A stretch of DNA of 64,000 nucleotides, taken from positions 1 to 64,000 of the forward strand of contig CAVTHS010000006.1 in NCBI GenBank assembly GCA_963734535.1, given 5' to 3'. Each line of letters starts with the position of its first letter. The first letter of the stretch is position 1. Source of the stretch: an uncultured Chloroflexia bacterium (GTDB lineage Bacteria > Chloroflexota > Limnocylindria > Limnocylindrales > CSP1-4). Positions 54,782-63,917 of the stretch are shown here, in pieces. The position numbers were made by a program, and so were the translations under genes. The notes beneath the pieces were generated by a model, which did no database searches, was not told the DNA's origin, and was given only the letters and a program-made list of their open reading frames with translations.

Positions 54782-57700
54782 GCGGACGCCATCCGGTTGC
54801 CGGCGGCCGGTCAGAGTCCGGCGGCCGGGCAGCTGCCGTTCCCGGATCGGGGCAGGCCATCACGACCTCCGGTGTCCCGATGCGCGGCGTCGAGCCCGAG
54901 GACCGCGGCGCGCGCCGGCGGATCCCCGATCTCGCGGTCCTGCCGCCGCTCCTTCACGGCACCGCGCCGTTCCTCGCGCTGAGCGGGGCGCTCGGGCCGG
55001 GCGGCTCGGCGCCCGGTCCCCGGGGCCGACATGCGGCCGTGACCGCCGTCCCGCACGGCGCCAAGACGTTCCTGGCTGCCGCGCTCGCCCTCGCAGGCGG
55101 CGAGCGCGTCTGCTGGATCGCGCGCGACGCGGAGATCGGCGATCGCGTCGCGGAGGAGCTCACGGCATGGCTCGGGGACCCGGCCGCCGTGGCCGTCCTC
55201 GAGCCGCGCACCGCCCTCGCCTACGAGCGGAGCGAGCTCGTCCGTGACGAATCGGCGGCCCGCGTGGCGGCGCTCGCTGCGTGGCGAGCCGGGCGCGCCA
55301 GGGTGCTCGTGGCCTCGGTCCAGGCGCTCCTCCAGCCGACGCTCGGCGGAGACGACCTGCCGGCCGCGCCGCGTTCCATCCGTGTCGGGGACCGGCAGGT
55401 CCAGGGCGCCCTCCTCGCGGAGCTGCTCCGGCTGGGCTACGAGCCGGTGATCGAGGTCGCCGGTCGGGGCGAGTTCGCGCGGCGCGGCGGGCTCGTGGAC
55501 ATCTTCGCCGCCGGAGCGGACCTTCCCGTCCGGATCGAGTTCTTCGGCGACGAGATCGACAGCCTGCGCCGGTTCGATCCCGCGGACCAGCGCACGGTCG
55601 GGCCCGCCGAGGTCGTCGACCTGCTGCCTGCAAGCGAGTTCCTCCTCCCCGTCTCGGGCATGGCGGGCATCCGGTCGCGGCTGGGCTCCCTGGCAGGGAA
55701 GCTGCCCGAGCGCCTGGGCGCCGATCTCGCCCGTTTCGAGGGAGCCGACGAGGCCGGGCCGGCGACGGCCAGCGGGACGCGCGCCCTCGAGGCGGGCGAC
55801 GCGGCCGAGGTCTGGGCCGCGATCCTGTGTCCTGCCTCGGGGATCGATCACCTCCCGCCCGACACCCTCCTGGTCCTCGACGAGCCGGCCGACGTTGCCT
55901 CCGCAGCCCAGTTCCTGTGGGAGCAGGCCGCGGAGCGGCGACGCGACCTGATCGCCGCGGGCGAGCTGCCCGGCGAGTGGCCGGACGCCTACGTCGGGCC
56001 ACGGGACTGGAAGGCGCGCCTCGTCCGTGGCCGCACGCTCGAGCTCACCTGGGAGCCGGGGCCGGTCGAGGCGATCGGCGGCGGGCCGGCGACCGAGGAC
56101 CCGTTCGGCTGGCGCGAGCCGATGCTGCCGCCGGGCAGGAGCGCGAGCCTCCCGCGCGCCATCGAGCGCTGGCGTGCCGGCCGGTCGGCCACGGTGCCGA
56201 TCGCCGAGGAGGAGGCCGACGACGTCCGTCCGGCGGTCCCGCCGGGGATCGTGTCCTCGCGCCATGCGCCCGGGGCCCAGCGATCGCCGGCGCCGCGGAT
56301 CGTGCTGGCCTCCGACCAGGCGCCCCGCCTCTCCGAGCTCCTGGGCCAGGCCGGGATCCCCGCCGGCGTGACCTTCCACCCTGCCGTCGCCCCGCCGCCC
56401 GGGGCGGTGACGCTGGTCGGGCGGAGCTTGAACGCCGGGTTCGCCGGCGGGCCGGACGGCCTCGTGCTGGTCACCGACCGCGAGCTGTTCGGCGCCGTCC
56501 GCGTCCGCCGGCCGAAGGCGCTGCGACGCGTCGTGCCGCGCGACATCCTGGAGCGCCTCACGCCGGGCGACCTGGTCGTCCACGTCGATCACGGGATCGG
56601 CCGCTACGAACGGATGCTCCGGCGCGGGAGCGACGGCGGAGAGCGCGACTACCTCGAGATCGCGTTCGCCGGCTCGGACCGGATCTTCGTGCCCGTCGAG
56701 CAGATCAACCGCATCAGCCGGTACGCGGGTGCCGAGCGGCCCGGCCTCTCGAAGCTCGGCGGCGGGGAGTGGGCCCGGACCAAGGCCCGCGTCCGCCAGG
56801 CCGTCAGCGACCTGGCAGAGGAGCTTCTCGAGCTCTACGCCGCCCGGGCTGCCGCGGAGGGCCACGCCTTCCCGTCCGACACGCCCTGGCAGCAGGAGCT
56901 CGAGGCCTCGTTCCCCTACGAGGAGACTCCGGACCAGCAGCGAGCCATCGTCGACGTGAAGGCGGACATGGAGGCCGGCCGGCCGATGGACCGGGTGGTC
57001 GTCGGCGACGTCGGCTACGGCAAGACCGAGGTCGCCCTGCGGGCGGCGTTCAAGGCAATCCAGGACGGCCGCCAGGTGGCGGTCCTGGTCCCGACGACCA
57101 TCCTTGCCGACCAGCACATGCGCACGTTCGCCCAGCGCTTTGCGGCCTTCCCCATCACGGTGCGGCTGCTCTCGCGGTCGGTGCCGCCGCGCGAGCAGCA
57201 GGCCACGCTCGCCGGGCTGGCAACCGGCTCGGTCGACCTGATCGTCGGGACGCATCGACTCCTCTCGAAGGACGTCGTGATCCGCGACCTGGGCCTCCTC
57301 GTCGTGGACGAGGAGCAGCGCTTCGGGGTCGCCGCGAAGGAACGTCTGAAGCAGCTTCGCCGCGAGGTGGACGTCCTGACCCTCTCGGCGACCCCCATCC
57401 CGCGGACGCTCAACCTGGCACTCGTCGGGGTGCGCGACCTGTCCGTGATCGAGACGCCGCCCGAGGACCGCCTGCCCATCCAGACGCGCGTGGCCGAGGC
57501 GTCCGCCGGGCTCGTCAAGGACGCCGTGCTGCGCGAGCTCGATCGGGGAGGGCAGGCGTTCTATGTCCACAACCGGGTGGAGACGATCGAGGCGCAGGCG
57601 GACCAGCTCCGGCGGCTCCTGCCGGGCGCGCGGATCGTGGTCGGCCACGGACAGATGGACGAGCGACAGCTCGAGGAGGTCATGCGCAGCTTCGCGGGCG

Positions 57701-58626
57701 GCCAGGCGGACGTCCTCGTCTGCACCACCATCATCGAGTCCGGCCTGGACATCCCGAACGCGAACACGATCGTGATCGACCGCGCCGACACCCTGGGCCT
57801 CGCCCAGCTCTACCAGCTGCGCGGCCGCGTGGGACGGAGCTCGCGGCGCGCCTATGCCTACCTCCTCTACCGGCGCCGCGACCGGCTCTCCGACGAGGCG
57901 CGCAAGCGACTCCAGGCGATCTTCAACGCCTCGGAGCTTGGCGCGGGCTTCCAGATCGCGCTCTCCGACCTGGAGATCCGCGGCGCGGGCAACATCCTGG
58001 GCGGCGAGCAGTCGGGCCACATGGCGGCCGTCGGGTTCGACCTGTACACGAGGCTCCTCGCGGAGGCGGTCGAGGAACGCAAGGCGACCTGGGAGGGTCG
58101 TGCGCCGACGCTCGCCCCGGCGGGCGCCACGGTGGACCTGCCCGTCGACGCCCACCTCCCGGACGCCTACGTTCCCGACGAGGCGGCGAAGCTCGAGCTC
58201 TACCGGCGCCTGGCGCGCGCCCGGACCCGCGGGGATCTCGCCGCGTTCCGGCAGGAGGTTGCCGACCGCTTCGGGCCGCCGCCGCCAGCGGTGATCCGGC
58301 TCGTGGAGGTCGCGGAGCTGCGTCTCGCCGCGGAGGCCGCCGGGATCAGCTCGCTCGCTCGCGAGGAGGGCCAGCTGGTGGTCCGCTTCGGATCGGGCCT
58401 TTCGCGAGGCGAGGCGATGCGCCTCATCGCCGGCGCGCCGCTTCCCGGCGTGCGGCCGGGCGACATGACGTTCGCGGCGAGCCAGGTCCGTATCAGGATC
58501 CCGCGGGACGCTGCCCGGGCGTGGGTCCTGACCCAGGCCATCGTCACCCGCGTGGCCGCGGCGCGCGGACCCGACGGCGCGGATCAGGCGTCTCCTGCCG
58601 CCTCCTCGCCCCCCCGGAACCGGTAG
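54778..58626 (+). CDS. mfd: Transcription-repair coupling factor
   Basis: GEFARRGGLVDIF, GDLVVHVDHGIG, GDVGYGKTE, DEEQRFG, SATPIPRT, QLRGRVGRS, DLEIRGAGN, C-terminal TRCF domain. Start approximate. Confidence 0.97.
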   Translation: MSGRHPVAGGRSESGGRAAAVPGSGQAITTSGVPMRGVEPEDRGARRRIPDLAVLPPLLHGTAPFLALSGALGPGGSAPGPRGRHAAVTAVPHGAKTFLAAALALAGGERVCWIARDAEIGDRVAEELTAWLGDPAAVAVLEPRTALAYERSELVRDESAARVAALAAWRAGRARVLVASVQALLQPTLGGDDLPAAPRSIRVGDRQVQGALLAELLRLGYEPVIEVAGRGEFARRGGLVDIFAAGADLPVRIEFFGDEIDSLRRFDPADQRTVGPAEVVDLLPASEFLLPVSGMAGIRSRLGSLAGKLPERLGADLARFEGADEAGPATASGTRALEAGDAAEVWAAILCPASGIDHLPPDTLLVLDEPADVASAAQFLWEQAAERRRDLIAAGELPGEWPDAYVGPRDWKARLVRGRTLELTWEPGPVEAIGGGPATEDPFGWREPMLPPGRSASLPRAIERWRAGRSATVPIAEEEADDVRPAVPPGIVSSRHAPGAQRSPAPRIVLASDQAPRLSELLGQAGIPAGVTFHPAVAPPPGAVTLVGRSLNAGFAGGPDGLVLVTDRELFGAVRVRRPKALRRVVPRDILERLTPGDLVVHVDHGIGRYERMLRRGSDGGERDYLEIAFAGSDRIFVPVEQINRISRYAGAERPGLSKLGGGEWARTKARVRQAVSDLAEELLELYAARAAAEGHAFPSDTPWQQELEASFPYEETPDQQRAIVDVKADMEAGRPMDRVVVGDVGYGKTEVALRAAFKAIQDGRQVAVLVPTTILADQHMRTFAQRFAAFPITVRLLSRSVPPREQQATLAGLATGSVDLIVGTHRLLSKDVVIRDLGLLVVDEEQRFGVAAKERLKQLRREVDVLTLSATPIPRTLNLALVGVRDLSVIETPPEDRLPIQTRVAEASAGLVKDAVLRELDRGGQAFYVHNRVETIEAQADQLRRLLPGARIVVGHGQMDERQLEEVMRSFAGGQADVLVCTTIIESGLDIPNANTIVIDRADTLGLAQLYQLRGRVGRSSRRAYAYLLYRRRDRLSDEARKRLQAIFNASELGAGFQIALSDLEIRGAGNILGGEQSGHMAAVGFDLYTRLLAEAVEERKATWEGRAPTLAPAGATVDLPVDAHLPDAYVPDEAAKLELYRRLARARTRGDLAAFRQEVADRFGPPPPAVIRLVEVAELRLAAEAAGISSLAREEGQLVVRFGSGLSRGEAMRLIAGAPLPGVRPGDMTFAASQVRIRIPRDAARAWVLTQAIVTRVAAARGPDGADQASPAASSPPRNR

Positions 58627-59309
58627 CCCACGCCGTAGCTCGTGGCGATGAACCGGCGCGTCGGCGCGGCCTCGGCGAGCTTGGCCCGCAGGTTGCGCAT
58701 CGTCACCCGGAGCAGGTGGAGGTCGTCGCCGTAGCCCGGGCCCCAGACCGCGGTCAGCAGGTCGGTGTGGCCGACGACGGACTCCGGGCGCTCGGCGAGA
58801 TGGCGCAGGAGGCGGTACTCGGTTGGGGTGAGGTGGACCTCGCGGTCTCCGGCGGTCACCCGGTGATCCCGCCCGTCGATGACGAGGCCCGGGTGGCGGA
58901 GCTCGTCGCCCGCGATGGCCATGGCACGGGCGTTCGCGCGTCGGAGGACGGCTTCGATGCGCGCCATCAGCTCCGGGAAGCTGAGCGGCTTCGTCATGTA
59001 GTCGTCGGCGCCGGCGCCCAGGCCGCGGATCTTGTCCTGCTCGGCGTCCCGCGCGGTCACGAGGAGGATCGGGACAAGGCTCGTCGCCCGGATCCGCTCG
59101 ATCACCTGCCAGCCGTTCAGGCGCGGCAGGCTGAGGTCAAGCAGGACGAGGTCCGGCTCCTCGGCCTCGAAGCTGACGACCGCCTCGGCCCCGTCGTGCG
59201 CCACCCGCGGCCGCCAGCCGTGCCGCTCCACCCACAGCGCGAGGAGGTCCGCGAACTCCGGCTCATCCTCCACGATGAGGATGCGTGCCCCGGGCGGCGG
59301 GTCGGGCAT
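58584..59309 (-). CDS. OmpR/PhoB-family response regulator
   Basis: ILIVEDE, DLVLLDLSLP, GADDYMTKP, wHTH (LTPTEYRLL, GVGYRF). Confidence 0.93.
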   Translation of the reverse strand: MPDPPPGARILIVEDEPEFADLLALWVERHGWRPRVAHDGAEAVVSFEAEEPDLVLLDLSLPRLNGWQVIERIRATSLVPILLVTARDAEQDKIRGLGAGADDYMTKPLSFPELMARIEAVLRRANARAMAIAGDELRHPGLVIDGRDHRVTAGDREVHLTPTEYRLLRHLAERPESVVGHTDLLTAVWGPGYGDDLHLLRVTMRNLRAKLAEAAPTRRFIATSYGVGYRFRGGEEAAGDA

Positions 59310-60910
59310 CACTGGAGGACGGGGAGCCGGAACGAGATGGACATGCCGCGCCGGGTCGTGTCCAGTCGGATCCAGCCGCCGTGCGCCTCGACGAGCCGCC
59401 GGCAGACGTAGAGCCCCAGGCCGCTCCCCGGGATGCGCGACTCGCGCATCCGCCCGCCCCGGAAGAACCGGTCGAAGACCTGCGCCTTCTCTCCCGGGTC
59501 GATCCCCTCGCCGTCGTCGGCGAAGGTGACCACGACCGAGTCCGGGGGCAGGTGGCGCGCCCGGATCGTGATGGACGCCCCCGGGCCCGCGTACTTGTGG
59601 GTGTTCGCCGCCAGGTTCGCGAGGACCTGCCGGATGCGGCGGGCGTCCACGTCCACCTTCGGCAGCACCGGGACGTCGAGCGTGATGGCCGGAGCCCCGG
59701 CAAGCTCGCCATGCTCCGCGACGAACGCCTGCAGGAGGGCGCCGAGGTCCGTCGGCGCGCGATCGAGCTGGAGCTGGTCGCTCTCGAGCCGGGACACGTC
59801 GATCACCTCGTCGACGAGGGCCCCCAGCCGGTCGACGGCGTCCCCGATCCGCTCCAGGTGGTGCCGGCTCGTCGGGGCGTCGAGGCCCAGGTGCAGCAGG
59901 CTCTGGGAATGCCCGCTGATCAGGGCGAGGGGCGTCCGCAGCTCGTGCGAGATCGTGGCCACGAAGCTCGACTTGAGCGCGTCGAGCGCCCTCGTGACCC
60001 GCAGGTCGCGCAGGACCGCGACCGCGCCCGATGGGGAGCCTGTCATCCGCGCGTAGCTCGCCGCGACCGGGATCGGTGTTGCGTCCACGCCGCCGACCAC
60101 CTGCTCGCGGACCAGCGGCCGCCCGTGGGCCAGGACCTCCTGGAACGGGCACGTCCTCCCGCAGCCGCGGTTGCCGCCCCTCTCGGGCAGGCAGCCCAGG
60201 AACGCCTCGCAGGTCGCCCCGATCCCTTCGCGTTCGGCCGCCCCGACGAGCCGCGCCGCCGCGCCGTTGAGGCGCGTGATCCTCCCGTCCGAATCGACCG
60301 CGATGATCGCGTCGCTGGCGCCGTCGAGGATCGCGGCGAGCGTCGCCCGCTCCCGGAGGAGGGCGCCGCGCAGCTGCGCCGAGCGAAACGCGAGGGCGAG
60401 CTCGCGCCGGACGAGCCCGAGATAGCGGGCATGCCGGACGTCGAGCGCCTGGCCCGGCAGCGGCCGGATGGCAAGGTAGCCCAGCGCGACGCGCCCCTCC
60501 CCGCCGACTCCCAGGGCGCGGCTCTCCTCGAGCGGGACGCCGAACCAGCCGGCCCGGGCCGCCCAGCGACCGGCCGCCGTAGAGTCGGGGAACGAGGCGG
60601 GGAGCTCGGCTGGGTCGCCGGTTCCACCGACCGGATGCTGCCCAGCGGGTGGCAGCGAGGCGACCCGGTGGAGCGTCCGACGCGCGGGCGTCGCGAGCCA
60701 GAGCACCGCGTCGCCTGCGCCGCTCGTACGAGCGATCTCGGCGAGGACGGCCGGGGCCAGCTTCGCGAGGTCGTCGCCGGACGCCAGCAGCTGGCTCAGC
60801 TGGTACTGGGCAAACATCGCGTCGGCCTCTCGCTGGGCCTCGTCGAAGGTTCGCCGCCGCTCATCCTCCAGGCTGGCCACGCGCGCCCGGAGCACGTCCA
60901 GCTCGGTCAC
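59309..60910 (-). CDS. Soluble sensor histidine kinase (coiled-coil, GAF-like, PAS, HisKA, HATPase)
   Basis: No TM segment. PAS (ILDGASDAIIAVD..GRITRLNGAA), ISHELRTPL H-box, NLAANTHKY, DDGEGID, GSGLGL. Stop overlaps the regulator start. Confidence 0.9.
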   Translation of the reverse strand: MTELDVLRARVASLEDERRRTFDEAQREADAMFAQYQLSQLLASGDDLAKLAPAVLAEIARTSGAGDAVLWLATPARRTLHRVASLPPAGQHPVGGTGDPAELPASFPDSTAAGRWAARAGWFGVPLEESRALGVGGEGRVALGYLAIRPLPGQALDVRHARYLGLVRRELALAFRSAQLRGALLRERATLAAILDGASDAIIAVDSDGRITRLNGAAARLVGAAEREGIGATCEAFLGCLPERGGNRGCGRTCPFQEVLAHGRPLVREQVVGGVDATPIPVAASYARMTGSPSGAVAVLRDLRVTRALDALKSSFVATISHELRTPLALISGHSQSLLHLGLDAPTSRHHLERIGDAVDRLGALVDEVIDVSRLESDQLQLDRAPTDLGALLQAFVAEHGELAGAPAITLDVPVLPKVDVDARRIRQVLANLAANTHKYAGPGASITIRARHLPPDSVVVTFADDGEGIDPGEKAQVFDRFFRGGRMRESRIPGSGLGLYVCRRLVEAHGGWIRLDTTRRGMSISFRLPVLQ

Positions 60911-61632
60911 CGGCGCCTCAGGGACCGGCGGCCGCTCGTCCGCCCATCGAGCATCGAGCGGAACAGGAGGAAGCACGAGGTTGCGCCCGGATCTCGGTGG
61001 CCGCGTGAACGCTCGCCGAGGCGCAGGGCGAGGCCCCGCCGGGCGACCATGGGGATCGTGGCCCGGACGCCCGCCCGCGCGGCCCGCGCCGCGCGCACGA
61101 AGGCCTCGTCCGGCGGGATGCCGGCGGCCGATCCGGCCTGGAGCGCCCGCACCGCGGGCTCCAGCGCGTCGAGGATGGTCTTGTCGCCGAGTCGGCACCT
61201 GCCGCGACGGGCAAGGCCGGCCCGGCCCGCGTCCAGCGCGCGCGCGAGCGTGGGCAGGTCGACCGCGTGGCGGCCGTCGAGCGCGAATCCCGTCTCGATG
61301 AAAAGCGTCCCGTACAGGGGGCCGCTTGCCCCGCCGACGCTGGCAACCAGCGTGTGGCCGATGCGGCGAAGCAGGGCCCCGACGTCGAGCGGTCCGGCCG
61401 CCTCGGCCGGTGCTTCGTCCTGGAGCGCCCGGATCACCGCCTGCAGGCCCGTGCTCATGTTCGTGCCGTGGTCGCCGTCGCCGAGCGCCGCGTCGAGCCG
61501 GTCGAGCAGCGCCTCGTGGCGCGCGATGGTGACGGCAGCACGCCCGACGAAGGCGACGACGTCCTCGGCGGTGATCGCGACCGCGGAGGCGCCGGCACCC
61601 GCCGCGGCTCGGTCGGGTCGCCCTAGACTCAT
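60907..61632 (-). CDS. dhaL: DhaL paralogue (Dak2 domain) with altered GRASY loop
   Basis: LDAALGDGDHGTNM, GGASGPLYG, GDKTILDAL, GERSRGHRDPGA. The canonical KGRASY is replaced by RGLALR. Confidence 0.85.
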   Translation of the reverse strand: MSLGRPDRAAAGAGASAVAITAEDVVAFVGRAAVTIARHEALLDRLDAALGDGDHGTNMSTGLQAVIRALQDEAPAEAAGPLDVGALLRRIGHTLVASVGGASGPLYGTLFIETGFALDGRHAVDLPTLARALDAGRAGLARRGRCRLGDKTILDALEPAVRALQAGSAAGIPPDEAFVRAARAARAGVRATIPMVARRGLALRLGERSRGHRDPGATSCFLLFRSMLDGRTSGRRSLRRR

Positions 61633-61709
61633 GCAGCCAGAGTCTACCCTTCGCCACGAGCAGGTCCGCGGCGATCCGGGCGGACGCCGGACAGCTCGGG
61701 AGGTGTTCG

Positions 61710-62174
61710 ATGGTCGCGCTCGTCCTGGTGGGCCACAGCCCCGAGCTCCTGCACGGGCTCCGCGCGATGCTCGCCCAGGCCGCGGCCGGCGTCCCCGTCC
61801 GCGTGGCCGGCGGCACAGATAGTGGTGCGCTGGGGACCAGCGCGCCGCGGATCCTGCACGCGATGCGCTCCGCCCTTGCGGATGCCCCGGACGGAGCGAT
61901 CGTGCTGCTCGACCTCGGCAGCGCCGCGCTCGCCCTCGAGATGGCGCTCGATGAGCTCGAGCCGTCCGCACGTGCCCGTGTGCGGGTGAGTCGGGGCGCG
62001 ATCGTCGAGGGAGCCGTGCGAGCCGCCGTCGAGGCTGCCGGCGGCGGGTCGCTCGCGGCCGTGCTCGCGGCCTCGGAGACGCCGCCGGCCCGGGACAAGC
62101 TTCCCGAGGACTGGCCGGCGGACGGGGCGGCCCCCGGCACCCCGGGGGAGACCCCGGGTCGGCCGGCCCGGTGA
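61710..62174 (+). CDS. dhaM: Dihydroxyacetone kinase phosphoryl donor subunit (PTS EIIA-Man domain)
   Basis: LVLVGHS, AGGT...GTS, DLGSA, AIVEGA. GGAGGT RBS. Confidence 0.88.
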   Translation: MVALVLVGHSPELLHGLRAMLAQAAAGVPVRVAGGTDSGALGTSAPRILHAMRSALADAPDGAIVLLDLGSAALALEMALDELEPSARARVRVSRGAIVEGAVRAAVEAAGGGSLAAVLAASETPPARDKLPEDWPADGAAPGTPGETPGRPAR

Positions 62175-62816
62175 GCGGGGCGCTCGTCGTCGCCTGGCTC
62201 CGCCTCGCGGCATCTCGCGTCGCCGCGGAGCGCATGCGCCTGACCGACCTCGACGCCGCCGTCGGCGACGGGGACCACGGGATCAACCTGGATCGCGGCT
62301 TCGCTGCCATCGAGGCGCGGCTGGCAGCTGGCGACGTCCCGACGGAGGCTCCAGCCCCCATCCTCGCCCTCGCGGCCCGAACCATCACGGGCACCGTCGG
62401 TGGGGCCAGCGGCGCGCTGTACGGCCGCGCGCTGCTGCGGGCCGACTGCGGCGGTGGAGCTCTGGCCCGTCGGCGCGGGAATGTCGGTGGCCCAGGTCGC
62501 GGCCGCGCTGCGGGCCGCGGTGGAGGGGATCGCTACCCTCGGCCGGTCCCTGCCCGGGGAGAAGACGATGCTCGACGCGCTCGTCCCGGCGGTCGCCGCG
62601 CTCGAGGAAGCTGCGGTCTCCGGCCTGGGCCTCCCTGACTCCCTGCGCCGAGCGGCGGACGCGGCCGACGCCGGTGCCCGGGCGACGGTCCCGATGCTGG
62701 CCACGAAGGGTCGCGCAAGCTACCTGGGGGAGCGCTCGATCGGCCATCTCGACCCTGGCGCCGTCTCGAGCACGCTGCTCCTCCGGGCCCTCGCGGACGC
62801 CGCGAGAGGCGCCTGA
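62171..62816 (+). CDS. dhaL: Dihydroxyacetone kinase ADP-binding subunit DhaL, one frameshift (~62447)
   Basis: [23 protein letters not shown], then GEKTMLDAL and [19 protein letters not shown]. Confidence 0.9.
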
Positions 62817-62869
62817 CCCCCGCCGCGGGTCGGAGTCGTCGGCGCCCGCGGCACCCTCGGGGCCGCCCA

Positions 62870-62909
62870 CCCGCAACGTTCCCGCAACCTAGACGTTTCC
62901 TTGACGTTT
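62870..62909 (+). promoter_or_regulatory. 11-bp-period direct repeats upstream of glpF (putative OmpR-type operator)
   Basis: CCCGCAAC at 62870 and 62881, then CTAGACGTTT/CTTGACGTTT at 62889 and 62900. TACCGT -10-like hexamer at 62928. Confidence 0.5.
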
Positions 62910-63076
62910 TTCGCCATGCCGCGGGCGTACCGTTTCGGCAACAGTGCTCGAGGGCACTGTGGCGTCGGCGTGATCGGCCGCCACGCGACCCGGGCCGGGG
63001 TCGCGGTGGTGGCAGCGGAGGGATCGAGCGAGGTTCGCAGCCGGCGTGGGTGTCCAACCCAATAGAGGGAGTGAGC

Positions 63077-63811
63077 ATGAGCACGGAGAAATTCGTAGCG
63101 GAACTGATCGGGACCATGATCCTGATCCTGCTCGGTGACGGCGTCGTCGCTGGCGTCCTTCTGAACAAGTCCAAGGCGTTTGCGGGCGGCTGGATCGTCA
63201 TCACCCTGGCGTGGGGACTTGCCGTCTTCTCGGGCGTCGTGGTTTCGGGCCCCTACAGCGGCGCGCACCTGAACCCGGCGGTCACCCTCGGTCTCGCCAT
63301 CACCGGCGCGACCCCGTGGGACCAGGTTCCGATGTACCTCGTGGCCCAGTTCCTGGGCGCGTTCATCGGCGCGACGCTGGTCTTCCTGCATTACTACCCG
63401 CACTGGGCTGAGACCGAGGACCCGGGCCTCAAGCTCGCTGTCTTCTCGACTGGCCCGGCCATCCGCAGCCCGCTCTGGAACCTGATCTCGGAGATCATCG
63501 GGACGTTCGTCCTCGTCTTCGTGATCCTGACCTTCGGGAAGAACACCGCGAGCCTCGGCCCCTTGGCCGTTGCCCTCCTCGTCGTCGTGATCGGCCTCTC
63601 GCTCGGAGGTACGACCGGGTACGCGATCAACCCCGCCCGCGACCTCGGGCCGCGGATCATGCATGCGATCCTGCCGATCCCCGGCAAGGGAGGCAGCGAC
63701 TGGGAGTACGCGTGGATCCCCGTGGTCGGTCCGCTCATCGGCGGCGCGATTGCTGCGGTCTTCTGGGTTGCCCTCTACAAGGACTTCATCCTGAAGGCCT
63801 TGCCAAACTGA
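63077..63811 (+). CDS. glpF: MIP family glycerol/dihydroxyacetone uptake facilitator
   Basis: [28 protein letters not shown] (aquaglyceroporin NPARD). Confidence 0.95.
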   Translation: MSTEKFVAELIGTMILILLGDGVVAGVLLNKSKAFAGGWIVITLAWGLAVFSGVVVSGPYSGAHLNPAVTLGLAITGATPWDQVPMYLVAQFLGAFIGATLVFLHYYPHWAETEDPGLKLAVFSTGPAIRSPLWNLISEIIGTFVLVFVILTFGKNTASLGPLAVALLVVVIGLSLGGTTGYAINPARDLGPRIMHAILPIPGKGGSDWEYAWIPVVGPLIGGAIAAVFWVALYKDFILKALPN

Positions 63812-63917
63812 GCCGCGCCAACCCGTTCGCGCCGGCGGCTTCGGCCCTGCCGCCGGCGCTCCGCACTCTCGTGAGCATCCCGAGCATCGGTTGGTTGACC
63901 CGCCATTGGAGGAGCGC

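Noticed and set aside
58584-58626. 43-bp convergent 3' overlap of mfd and the response regulator as antisense regulation
   Set aside because: Short tail overlaps are common in GC-rich genomes with rare stop codons, and nothing else supports a function.
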